Source: a bacterium (GTDB lineage Bacteria > Bacillota_I > Bacilli_A > RF39 > UBA660). Taken from it: 38,379 nt of DNA. The translations under genes were made by a program, and so were the position numbers. This document shows, piece after piece, positions 8,107-22,000 of the stretch (positions are counted from its first letter, which is position 1; each line of letters starts with the position of its first letter). The DNA lies in NCBI GenBank assembly GCA_963645885.1, contig CAVIUL010000001.1, positions 22,265 to 60,643 on the forward strand, in the 5' to 3' direction. The notes beneath the pieces are model-generated. The model did not search any database. It was given only the letters and a program-made list of their open reading frames with translations, and was not told the DNA's origin.

Positions 8107-11100
8107 ATGGCAGAAAGTACACAATAGGTAACACCTACTTTATATAGTTTCTACGGGAAACAATATGATTATAATGATTTAGCTAAAGCAGCTGATTCTG
8201 GTTTAAATGATTATCTTATAACTCTTGAAAGAGGTGTAAAAGATTCTGATAAATTTAAAGCTGCTTATGCTGATATGATGTCAGGAATCAAAGATGGAAC
8301 CATTACATTTGGAGATGGACATTTTACTGATTCAAAAGGAAGATATACTAATGCAGATAAAGAAGCTAAAGACTACTATGGTTTGATAGCCAACTATATT
8401 TATGATAATATGGGTAAGTCTAATGTCTATGAGGCACCAATTTCTCCTGAAGAAGCACGAAAAATAAAATGGGATGATAATAGTGTTAAAACTGCATTAA
8501 TGAGAGAAATCTATAACAGTGATACTGCTGGTAATTTACAAGATTTCTTAGAATTAGATGATGCTAAGAATGGAGTAAGAGGAATTACTAATCGTTCTAC
8601 AAGATTAGCTAATGCTTTTCAATCTATTGCTGATAACTGGGATAATACATTCTCTGGTTATTCAGATAATGATAAAAATAGATATAGACAATTATTAGGA
8701 GAAGCTGCAACCGCATTAAGAGATGGTACTATTAATGCAGGAGATTATTTAGCTTTAAGTAGAGCTATTGGAGGTGTAGATTTTAGAAGTATGTTAGCTA
8801 CAGGGTCTCCAACATCTACTGCTACTCCTGATATAAGTTCTTCTACTACTCCTGATATAAGTTCTGCAACTTCTACTCCATCTTCTACATATAAATTAAA
8901 AAGAGCATCTTTAAATGCTGATGGATATAGTGCTACAGATATTAATTATATGACAGGATTAATGTCTAAAGTAAAGAGTACCAAAGGACTTATTAACATT
9001 CTTAGAAATAGTTTTTATAATAGAAATTATAAATTTGCAAGAGACCCTAGAGTTTATGCAATTTTTAAAAGTAATAAAATTAGTAGTAAAGCAGGAATTA
9101 CTGCAACACTTAATGCATTAAATGCAAGAGGTGTTTTGAAACAAGCAGACCCTTCTAATCCTAATTTAATGTATATACCTGGTCTTAGAACAAAACGAGG
9201 TACAGCTTGGGTTTGGGATAAGTCATCAAATCAAATAGCAGAATTGCAAGTAGATAATATTCCTTATTTAAAAGCTAGATTATCTCAAGTAACATCTCAT
9301 AAAAAAGGAGGAGTACTTTATGCTGAAAAAGGAGCAGAAACTCCTTATTGGTATAGTAGTATAAACGATTATGATAAAAGTAAGTATGGATATTCTTGGG
9401 GTAGTACTGCTTATGGAATGGATAAAGATGGCAATTTTATAGATGCATTTGGAAATGCTAATAAAGGATATAATCAAAATCGTTACACTACAGATTCTGG
9501 ATATAGAGATTTTTCAGATGCTGGAAAAAATATAGCATTAGGTATTGAAAATGCACAAAACTACAAAGACCAAACTTCTAAAATTTTATCAGATTATGAT
9601 GCTTATATTAATGCTTCTGATAAAAGTGGATTTAATGAATCTAATAATTTATTTCTTCGTTATACTAAATGGTATGACTCTTAGCAAACAAATTCTGCTA
9701 ATAGATTTTGGAATGGAGATTAGTTAAATTCAAATTGGACTTCTCAAGGTAAAAGCTATTACGGAAATACAACAGGACCTGTTACTGATATTAAAACTCG
9801 AATCAATTAGTTAAGAAATGATTAGATGGTAGGTATCGCACATAATAATTTTAAAGCAGAAGGAACTCGATATTTTTATAAAGATAAAGATGGAAATCAA
9901 CATTGGGTAGATCCTGAAGTAGCAAAAAATTATTAGAAAAAAGAAGGTGATCCTACAAAAACACAAGATGGTTTTACAACTTGGAGTGATTATGAATTAA
10001 TTGGCCCTGCTCAATAGAAAACAGCACAAGAAACTCCTCAAGGAGATGGTACTCAAATTGATAGAACTGACTAGACACAAAAACCTAGCAAATGGAATGA
10101 ACTTTACGGTAAGATTAAAGGTGGTCTTAATAAGCTAGCTCCTTTGGCTTCTGAAGCTGCACGAATGGGATTATCTATACATACTAATAATAAACTTGCA
10201 GACGTTCTTAGATAGCATACTAAATTAGGTTTATATAACCCTTGGGAATATCATACTCCTATTACTGGAGACTTTGGATAGATGTAGTTTAAATTTAATC
10301 AAGCAGCTCAAACTAGAAGTCTAGGTGACAGAATGGCTAGTAGTACTTCTGATGCATCAACTGGTTTTGCTGCATAGTTAGACGCTAATAGACAAGCTAG
10401 TAGTTAGGAAACTGAAGGATATTTAGCTGATAATAAAGAAAGACAAAGAACTACAGAAGTTGCTCAGCAACATGCATAGCAAGCTATTTAGGTAAAAAAT
10501 GATATTGCAAATAAAAATGTTGACAAACAAGTTGATTATGATGAAAAATTAGGAAATATTGAAGCTCAAAGACTCAATGCTAATTGGCAATCCAAAGATA
10601 ACTTTATTGCTAACAATATATCTGCACCATTAAAAGAACAAGCAGCATACGATCTTTCACAAAAGCGTGCTGAAGAGGCTAACAAAAAAGATCAAAAACT
10701 TCAATTTGATTTAGCTCCACTTACAAGACAACAACGATTTCAATCAAATCAATTAGCAAGATATTATACACAAAAAGGTTAGGATTTGTCTCAAGATTAT
10801 AATTCTAAACTTTTAGCTTGGTAGAAAGTCAATGGAGAGGATGCTGATTATACTCAATAGGATTTTTATAAAAATTATATAAATAAGTCAAGAGAATTAG
10901 AAAATCAAATGTATAAAGACCAGTATGATATGTCTGTAGACTAGAGTAATCAAATTAGAACTTTATATGATAATCTTTATAACAATCAATACGCAAGTAA
11001 TTTTACATCAAATCCTTTTGGAAGTAAAACTACCTCAACTAAAGTTCCTCATTATCAAGAAATATTAAGAGGTGCAGGAATGTTGAGAAAAGGAGGTAAA

Positions 11101-11145
11101 ATTAAACCTCATGTACATAGAACATTAAATTTGTTAGGAATATGA
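8107..11145 (+). CDS. Large protein of unknown function (1,012 aa) with a Ser/Thr-rich linker and a Gln-rich, coiled-coil-like C-terminal half; possible virion internal protein
   Basis: The ATG at 8107 lies 5 nt after the terminator T-tract. Frame 1 is open to TGA at 11143-11145, with 19 in-frame TAGs. Track ORF 8275-9684 is in this frame. Confidence 0.8.
8824..8871 (+). repeat. 24-bp tandem duplication (actcctgatataagttct + 6 nt) encoding TPDISS-STT / TPDISS-ATS
   Basis: The 18-bp core is identical at 8824-8841 and 8848-8865. Confidence 0.85.
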
Positions 11146-13046
11146 AAATAATACCAAAATTTGCGGGAGGAGGGAGCACAGGCTCCTTCTTCACCGTTTA
11201 TCAAGCTGTTTAGAATCCACAAATTGGAGGTTATCCTACTAGTACAAAAACATCTAATTCAACAAGTGATTCTGTAACAGTTAAAGATTCCTCAAAAGAT
11301 TCTTCTGATGAAAAAGAGGATACTAAAGGAAAACTTACAGAAAAAGATTTGTTTAATATGATAAAAGATGTAGAAGGATTGCCTAATGAAATGAAATAGA
11401 TTATAACTTCATTAAAAAGAACTATGGAAACATAGAATTTAGTAGGTCAATCTGCACAAGATATATCTACAACCTATTTAAATGCTTTATATAAAATTAA
11501 AACAGCAAAACAAAATAAATCTAAATTTGATGAGGCTATAAAAGATGCTAAAACTAATGGTAGTTTAGGAGAGGTTGCTATAGGAATGGATGGAGAATTA
11601 TATGCTCAAGATGAAAAAGGAAATCCTATTACTATATCATTAAATACATATCTGGCAAATAAAGATAAATATCATTTATTGACTAATTCTAATTTAGCTT
11701 ACTTGCGTCAATATAATCCAAAACTTGCATTTATGCAAAGTGATACTGTTTTTGAAACAATTACAAATGGTGTTGGATACGAATCATTTCAAACTCTTCT
11801 GGATAAAGCTAAATCAAGTCTTGGAAGCACATCTTCGGAAGAAAAAGGAATTGCTGGTCAAGAAGCTTTAGCTGGATTACGAGCATTGTAGGGTAAATCT
11901 GATGCAGAAAAACAAGCTTTGCTTAAAAAAGCAAATGGAGTACTTTCTTATGATACATTTTAGGAATCAAATGTTAATCAAGTACAATCTTTAATAACTT
12001 ATTTGTCTGCTGTTCTTCCTAAACGTGCTAAAGTATGGGCTGCTACTAAATTTGGAACTGACGAAGATAGTGCAACTAAAGCGTTAGTAGGACAATATCT
12101 CATGGGACAATTAAAAACTACTACTAAATATGAAGTTTCTGGAGGTTCTAAAGGTTCAAAAGATTCTAATGGCTCAGGTTCATCTAGCTCTGGAATGGGA
12201 GATGTTGAATATAATACACCGATGAAATTACTAGAAGGATTGGGAGTACAAAATACATTTACACTTAGTCCAGGAACAACTAGAGCAGTTTAGGTTGTGG
12301 CTAACACTTTACCATTAACTGATGCTTAGGGTAAACCTATAGGAGCTAATAAAACATTATCAGAAGCAGTTAGCGGTGAATATTCAGGAATTTTGGATAT
12401 ACAGCATGCAACAATGGGTGGACAAACAATTGATACATCTGCTTTTAATAGTATAATAGTGAGAGATGGAAAAATTAATTCTATTGATTTTCCTTGTATT
12501 GTTAAAGCTGATGGAACAATTTTACCTAATACTAATCCTGAAACTTATAAAGCAAAACAATTAGCAGATAGAGAATTGAAGCGTAGAGGTATAGATGTTA
12601 CTAAACAAGCAGATATTAAGAAATATTATAAAGCAATCAATCTTACTTATTAGAAATATAAATTAGGAGAAGCTTACAATTCAAATGGTGAACCTACAGG
12701 AAATTGGAGACGATTTGGAGTAATTAATGTAGATGCTAATAGTAAAGCTTTAGGTATGGGTGATTTAGAAGATAATCCTTTACTTAAAGAAATTACAGAT
12801 GATGCAACTATTGACAATTTAATTAGTATTACTAAAGATGAAAACTTTAGTAAAAAAGGAATAATAAGTTCATTTACTGGAAACTATGATAGATTTTACA
12901 GAGGAACACTTTGGATTCCTTTAGATGTAAACTATCATGCTGCATCTACAGGCACAAAAACTAAGGGCGAAGATGTATATAATACAGAAGTTGCTCAGCA
13001 AGCGAGAGATGCTCGTGATAATTGGAATAATGGACCCTCAATTTAA
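11142..13046 (+). CDS. Protein of unknown function (634 aa)
   Basis: The ATG at 11142 overlaps the upstream TGA (ATGA). Frame 3 is open to TAA at 13044-13046, with 8 in-frame TAGs. Track ORFs 11586, 12003, 12393 and 12756 are all in frame 3. Confidence 0.8.
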
Positions 13047-13048
13047 TT

Positions 13049-16000
13049 ATGGAAAGAAGAGAACACGATATATTTATGGATATGCTAGCCAATCCTACTG
13101 CATCATTTGATACAATGGTAACAGTAGGATTGAATTCCTCTAACACTTCTCTACAGGATAGATCTGTATATGAAGGGAACAAATATGTGTAGGAATAGTT
13201 TAAAAATTCAGATGGAGAGTTTGATAAGAAAAAATTTGAGCAAGCATATACCATTGCCAAATCATATTACAATAATTTAGCCAATGCTGATTTTAATGAA
13301 TCTATGCAAAAACAAACTGTTTGGCATAGAGATAGTTTATTAGCACCAGAAGGCTAGAGAGAAAAAGGACCTAGATTCCAAGAATTTAATATGTCTAATC
13401 CTATGGAGTAGGTATTTGGCTTTGGAACTTTAGGAAAAATTGAAGAACCTACTAAGTCTTTAGATGAATTAGCTCAATCCCATAAAGTTTTAGCTAATCC
13501 AACTACAGCAGGAGCAAATTTAGAAAATGCTAAGTGGGAAGATGCTCCTAATGATAACTTTTTCGGCAATTTCTTTGATACTCTTGTTATTGCACAATGG
13601 GATTCTGATGGAGAACATATTGACCCAATAACTGGAGAAAAAGTAAAACATGAAAAAGGTGAGCCTAAATTAAATCAAAATGGAGAGTATTATTATGAAA
13701 AACTTGATGGGCGTGATGTTTATGGTCGTAGAGTTTTAAATAAAATGAATGTTTTGACAAAAGATGGTTCATTTATGAATAGGTTTGACTTTTTTGATTC
13801 AGACGATATTGAACAAAAAAGCATTGCAGGAACTACATTTAAAAATTTAGCTTTAGTAGGTTCCATGTTTATTCCTTATGTTGGTCCTTGGATTGCAGGA
13901 TTAAGTGTAGCTACATAGTTAGCAGGCTTAGGTGCTACGTTAGGTAAAATGGCTTTAGGAAGCGATAGTCCTGTATTGAATGAGATTGAAGGATGGTCTA
14001 AATCTGTAAATAGACAAACTGCAAAATCACAATATGCACAAGAGCATACATGGTGTTGGGAGAATTTTATCAATCTCATAGGTGATACTATGGGACAATT
14101 AAAAGAGTAGAGATTTATCTTTGAGAAAATTCCATCTGTATTTAAAGGAGCAAATATGTCTACCAAAGCAGGATAGGCTGAAAAATTAGCATAGCTTGAA
14201 GAAAAATATTCAACTGAAGCTAAAGAAGCTATAGATAAATTATTTAAAACTGGTAAAAATGGAACAAACTTTACTAAAAGTTCAATAGAATTACAAGAGA
14301 TAGCTCCTTTAAAAGCTCAAGCAGAAATGGATTCATTCATTAAAGGATATAATAAACTTGGAGAAGTTCTTAGTAAAGGTTATATGACAGGAATAACTGT
14401 AGCTGATACATATGGTGAAGCAAAACAAGCAGGAGCTTCTGATTTGGATGCTACTTTATTAACTTTAGGTTATGCTGCAGGTGAATTTGCTATACTTAAT
14501 ACAGGATTAGGTGAATGGATTTTACCTGAATTGAGAGCAGATAAATATAAAACACAAGCCATTAAAAACGCATTATTAAAATTAGACGATGAAGCTAAGT
14601 CTGCAATAAATAACGCATCTAGAGAAGTTAAACAAAGTTACGTTAAACGATTGTTTAATATGGGTAAAAGTATTGCTAACGCTGAATATGCTAATGGAAC
14701 AAGAACTTTGAAAGCAACTCTTGCAGCAGGTGTTGGGGAAGGTGTAGAAGAAGTTAGTGAAGAAGTTTTAGCTGACTTTTCTAAAGCTTGTTTTGATACA
14801 GTTAAATGGTTACAAGGTGATAATGTACGATTAAATACATTTGGATACGACTTTAAAACAGGAAAATGGGATGGTAAAGAAGTTCTTGACAGATATGGTA
14901 TGTCTCTTGTAGGAGGTGCAGTAGGTGGTTCGTTAACTAATGTCGGTACTAGTTACAAAACTTTTAAAGAACTTGATTCTATGACATCTGAATAGGCTAT
15001 TCAAGAGTTAGTTTATATGCATAGAAATGGTACTTTAAATAAATTTGAAGAAAGTATTGATAAATCCCAATTAGCTAATCCTGGTAATTCTGCTACTAAT
15101 TTTGAAGTAAAAGATGGAGTAATATTATATGCTCCAGGAACTTAGGAAAATAATCAAGACTTATTTGCTAAACAAGCATTGCATCAATAGGTTAAAATTA
15201 TAAGAGATATTCTTGATGCAAATGGAGCAAATTTATCTGATGATTCTATTTTATAGAAACAAACTGAAATGTTAGGAGATTTACGTTTTAATGCTTTACA
15301 TAAATCAACAACAGCAGGAGGATTTATTAATGAATTTAATAAATTAAGTTCAGATGTTATTAAATTAACAACTCAAATTAATAATCTAGAATCATCTGAT
15401 TTAGATAGCAATAATGACGGAACGGTTACAGATAAAGAAAAAAGACAGAATGAAGTAAGTCAAGACCATAAAGAACAAATTAAAACATTGCAAAAAACTT
15501 TAAATGATACTAAAACTAAATTATAGGATTTAATTGATGGAAAACGATCTTATGAATTTGTATCTGATGCTTTGTTTGAAATGACTACTGATTTAAGTGG
15601 TAGATTTACAGCTGCAAGTTTTCCTTTATATGTAGAAGCTAAATATCATAAAAAATATTCAGATTTAACAGAGAATGAAAAAGCTATATCTTGGGAAGAA
15701 TACGAAAATTGGAAAACTTCTGAAGGAAGAGATAAGATTAGAGATATGGCAGCTATTTATAGGACTATTTCTGAACAAGCTAGTAAAGTTATTAAAAAAC
15801 ATTCTGATGAATATTTAAAAGGAGATACACATATTCGTAATTTTAACAACCTCATCACAAGAATATTTAATACAATTGATGGTAATTCTGAATCTGATTG
15901 GTTAAGTAATGCTCAACGTATTTAGGACTCTAACTTTAATCAAATTGAAGCAAATTTGATTGCTCAATTTGGAACAGATGAGGATAAAAAAGCATTATAG

Positions 16001-19000
16001 GTTTATGTAGATAGAATGAAATCTATTGATCCTACAATGTCTGAAGAAGAAAGAAAACAAGAATAGGCATAGATAGGTCTTGACTATTCGAATAAACAAG
16101 CAGAAATTATTCTTAATAATCTCTCTAAATTTATTCAACCTTTTATTGATAGCGGGACAATTAATACTGAAACAAAAAATCAACTATTAAAAACATTAGA
16201 ATAGCTTAAACAAATATCAATCAATAAGACAAATGAAGCTACGATGTATGATGCTTCTGAAGAAGAGCAAGATTAGTTGGCAGAAAAAACTGTATAGGTT
16301 CAAAATGCTATTGATGAAATATCAAAATTAGGTAATACTTCTTTTGAAAAGAATTTGAATGAATTTTCTATTGCTATAGGTAATGAACCTATTAATATGA
16401 CACAATTACTTGAAAGATTAAATACCTCTTTCAATGATGTGTCTAATAATATCACTAGGTTTAATATGGATGAGCAATTGTATAAAGATTTAGACAATGC
16501 TATTCATACTATTGAAATGTATCAAGCTGCAATAAAAGGAGCTAGAACAGATAATGCAGGAACTGGAAATTATTTCGGATATAATGCTACTTTAAATGAG
16601 ATAGCTAAGAAATCTGAAGGAGATTTTCCTGAACTTGCAGAAATTGATAAGCTTTCTGCAGATGTATTTATTGCAGATATTAATACTAATTTAAGTAAAC
16701 TTTTATTTTTAAAATAGTTATATCAAATAAACCAAGGTCAAAAGATGACCAGATAGGATAGAGTTGCTGAAAGAAAAGATATTTTATTCTATAGAAGAAT
16801 GAAAAGTATTGTTTCTGTTCCTGATGATGATCCACTAAAATCATGGGAAGGATTTCTTGAATTAAAAAATACTATAGAAGCAGCAACCCTTCATGAAAAT
16901 TTTAGAGACTCTGAAATTATTCAAGAAAAAGATAAAGAGGCTTTTGAGAAAGAAAACATACTTATTGAAGATGCTATATATGACTTTTTCTAGAAAAATT
17001 AGGAAAAAATAAAAGATTCCACTAAGTTATCTGAATTTATAAACGGACGTCATTTGAATCTTTATACAGAAGCTAAATAGATTCTGAATGAAGGTACTGA
17101 TGTTATGGATGATAACTCTATGTTATGGTGGATAGCAAGCCGTTGTGCAGTAAAATCTTCAGCATTTCATAATAGATATTCTTAGATAATTAGTGATAAA
17201 ATAGCACCTATTGCTACTCAAGAATTAGCAGTTTATAATAACTATGCAAATATAGTAAATGGTAATGTTTTTACAGCTTTTGCAAAGGCTTTTAGAGAGT
17301 CTATGGTAAAAGATTGGAAAAGTAAATCTGTAGAAGAAAGAAAGAGAATTTTAACAAGTTTAAATAACTCTGAGGCTTTAGCAGATGATAAATTTGTAGA
17401 TTATGCTTTAAACTTTTTACCTGTTCCTAGATTTGCTAATGTAGTATTAACCGAAGGAATTGCAGGCAGTGGTAAAACTTCTAGTGTATTTACATAGACA
17501 GTTACAATGCTTAAAAAGTTTAATCCTGACGTTTTAAAAAATGTTGCGATTGTACATGGAGCCTCTAAATCAAGTGCTGAAGAAATTCAATCATTATTAG
17601 AAATAGAAAATTCTAAAAGCTACGATAGAGCAGGCTGGATGAAAGAAATTTCTAGTCAATGGAAAGAATATTTAATTGATCCAAAAACTAACAAACATCT
17701 AATAGAAAAATCTGCATATACATTTAGTTCTGAAAATGAAATTCGATCAGCATTAAATATTAATCAAACAGACACACCTCCAAGTCTTATTATTATTGAT
17801 GAAATCTCCAAATTCTCTACTTATGATGTAGATTTAATTAATGATTTTGCTAAAAAATATGGAATTACTGTCTTAGTAGCAGGAGATTTTGATCAATCTG
17901 GAGTTGTAGGATAGCATCCTATTGCAGTAAATGGAGAAACATTAAATTGGCTTCCTGAATTACAAAGAACAAACTTTATTAGGTCTCCTAAATTAGGAGT
18001 ATCTATGAGAACTGATAATTCTCTTAAAACACGAAATCAACAAAAGGTTCAAGCTTATATGCAAAATCACACTTCTGAAGATTTAATATAGCTTGAATGG
18101 TTTCAAGACGAAACTGGTTTATATGGAGATAGAGTCATTAGTTATGAATTTAATGACCCTGATGTTAATGTTAACGATTTAAGAAATCAAAAAGGAAAGG
18201 TTGTTGATAGTGTTATAGGACAAGTTGATAAATTAATTTAGACTTTAAAGCCAGGAGAAAAAATAGGTTATATATTTAATGACAAATCATCTCCTATTTA
18301 TCAAAAATTAGCATCTGATGAATATAAAAATTTTATAGATTTAAAAGAAGGTGGATCTGCTCAAGGATTAGAAAGTAGATATTATGTTATTGAAGCTGAT
18401 CCCACAATTGGACTTTCTAGTTCAGATAATATGGGCTAGAAAATGGCTGAAGATAACTATTTAAAAGAAATTTATACTGGAATCACTCGAGCATAGCAGG
18501 GAAGTATTTTAATTATGCCAACAGACATGGGACCTAAAATAGGTACTGTTTAGGTTAAATCTAAAATTAATGAAATTATTAATCCTGCAATAATTAAAAG
18601 TTATTCTATCAAAAGAAAAAATCTTTTAGAAAAAATTACTACTTCTTAGGATATTGAATATGTTCCTCGAGACAAAGAGGCATTAGATACCAAAAAACCT
18701 TCTGGAGAATCTAAAACTGGTTTAGATGAAGGAGTTACTTTACCTCCTCTACCTGATAATGAAGATACTACAAAAAAATCAGCTACAGTAAAACCTGATA
18801 GTACACCTGATGCAATTACACCTCCAGAAACAGTAGATTTTGAAACTCTTCCTTCTGGAGATTAGGAAGAATTATCAAAAATTCAAGAAAATGTAATTAA
18901 GAATCCTAAAACCGAAGAACCCTGGGATACTAATGATACTAAATCTTTAATTCCTTATGGATAGATTGTTTCGGTACAAGGTGAATATGGTGTTATAAAA

Positions 19001-22000
19001 GGAATTCAAACGAAATCTGATGGAAATCATAAATATTTAATTGAGACAAAAGAAGGTGAAAAGGAAATAAACTATAAAGATATAACTCAACTTATATCTA
19101 ATGCTAAAATAGAATCACCTGTAGTTTTAGATCACTAGGAAATGGTTAATAGATATGGAGAAATTGCAAATGTTGAATCCATAACTGTTAATCATAATGG
19201 TATTGAACTTACACTACCTTTATGTCAAATACCTTTCAAATATAAGAAAGAAACTGGAACTAATAATATGATCAACTATTTGCATAGAAATATTGTAGTA
19301 GTTAAAATTGGTAATGTTCACATTCCTTTCTATATGAGTACTGGTAGAGGTGGTAAAGAAAATGTACAACCTGGATTATGGTATCCTTTCTTTGGAATAA
19401 AAGATGGATGGTTAAATAAAGGTACTCAAGAAGATATTAATAATTTTTATGGAAGTCCTATTCTTAAAATTGTATCGGAACAATTAAATAATGTATTAGG
19501 AACAGGATATACTGATGATATAAAAGGTCCTTTAACATTTGAAGAAAATGTTGATTCTATTCAAATTTAGTATATAAATTAGGATTTAAATCCAACTGCT
19601 AATGGACACTCTGATACACTTTAGAAATTTAATGATAACGTAAAATAGACTATTGAAGCTATTGATAAATCTTTATCTGAAATTATTCCTGACATATCAG
19701 GAACTGAAGCTCCAAAATTGAGTTATGAAGACGATACTGCTCCTATTAATTTCAACAGCGATACTCTTGATGATAAAACTTATCAAGATATGGTTGATAA
19801 AGAAAATGAACCAACAGCTTTACCTGGATCTCAAGCAGTAAATGAGGGGTCTAAAATTGCAATTACTATGTTATTACATTCATTTAATACTTTTGAAACA
19901 GGTGTTTTATGGGATGAAGAAGGAAATCCAGTTCCTGTTGGAGATTAGACATGGGCAGATGCACGTATTGATAGTGTTAATGGATTATTAAAATTAGATA
20001 GGTTTAAAGGAAAGAAAAAAGAATATTATTTAAATGCATTAGGTTTACTAAGAAGTCATTTATTTAATACTGAAGATAAAGCCGAATTAGTTAAAAAACT
20101 AGAAAAAGTTTTGGGTATAGACGGCATTTATCTTACTTTTGCTTTAAAGAGTTCACCTAGACCTGGAGAAGGTAATAAATCCAAAGGAAAAGAATTTGTA
20201 GAAGAGTAGCCAAGTCGTTTTAGTAAAGGTATTAGTGAGACTACAGAATTTAATGGTTCATCTGATTCAAGATCTCATGAATGGCATCCTAAATCTCTTG
20301 TTGCAATTATTGGCACAAATGCTGATGGTGATGTTTTAGAACTTCCACTTTTAGCAACATCTTCACCATTTACTTTATTACAATTAGAAAATGATTAGAA
20401 ACAAAAAGTATTCCCTGATGTTTTAAGTACATTTGAAAGTTTAAAGAGTAATGGAATGGGATATTATGATATTGCTAATAAAATAATATCCAAATTTGAA
20501 AATGTTAACGAATACAAAGATTTAATAGACTTATTTAAATTATTTGTACGTACAGACAGAAATATAGAATATTTAAGAGATCCTAACTGGACTATTGCTC
20601 GTAATTTAAATTTACAAGGTGCAATTTTTGCTAAAGATAGAGGTAAACTTATGGGAGTTCCTGGATTTGATTATGATGCAGATAGTACTCCTGAATCTGA
20701 ATGGAGCACATTAGATTCATTATATGCAGATCCTCAAAGATATGTAACAGAATAGATTTTTTCTTCTGTAAATGATACAACTACTACTGTAAACGGTAAT
20801 GAAATTCAATTCTCTAAACCTGGACATGCATTTGTATTAGCGTCTTATGATAGAAGTTTAAGTACTGACGAGGAAGTTGTAGAATACTTTACCAAACAAT
20901 GTAAAGATCCTAGTTTACCTAAGAAAGTTACTCAAGTATATATTGTTCCACCAAAAGCATCTTTAGAAGAATATATTGAAAATTTACGCAAAATTCTTGA
21001 TAAAAATGAACATGGAGCATTGCCTATTGGTCAATTCTTTACTTCATATAAGTTACTATAGGTTCTTTTAACAAATGATTCATTTAAAGAAATATTAAAT
21101 AAAAGAGTTCCAGGTTTATTACAAAAAACTCAAGATGCAATAAATTATATAAAAGAAGCTTTTGATGCAGCATAGCAAGCTACTTCTCTTAGTGAAAAAG
21201 CAAAATTAATGGGAGAAGTTAGGCAAAGATTATTTGAAGCTCAAGATTGGTCTAGTATAATTGGAGGAACAGCTAAACCTGTTAAGTTGGCTGGATTATT
21301 AGATGGAGTAATATTAAATTTCATCTATACAAAAAGTTCACTTCAATCATTAATTACTGGTGATTATGGAGTTTCTTTTGAATTTGATCAAGATAATTTT
21401 AATCTATTTAAAGGTATTTTAACACAAGCAGGTATTGATGGAGTTAGACATAATATAAAGATTCCAAAGAATGCACCTCGTGTAGGACCTTTTGTAGTAG
21501 TTTCAACTAATTATTCTCTAAATGGAAAACCATTTAGAGTTCATAATAAATTAGATTCATATACTTTTTCAGGAGATATGTCTAGTCTTATTCATAGTTA
21601 TGTTGATGCTTTGCGTCCATCTAAGCCAGATAAAGATGGAACAATACATTATGCAGGAGCTGATACATATAGATATTTAAAAGGAAAATCTAATATAAAT
21701 AATTCTGTTAAATCTAAAGATGATATTGATAGAGATAATCTTGAAAAAACATTCAAAAAGAAAGGATTAGATATTAATCAAATCTTAACAAACGCAGGAT
21801 TAATAGACATATATTAGAATCAACCAGTAGAAGATTCTATGAATAGAATTATAAATACAATTAACTAGACTATTCCTAATAGAATTGCATTCAAAGTTGG
21901 AGGAGATTTAATTATAAGTGATCCTGTAGAAGAACTTGGTAATTAGACTTTCTTAATTGACTCAAACGACAATCCTATTACAGATTTAGAACCATTATTT

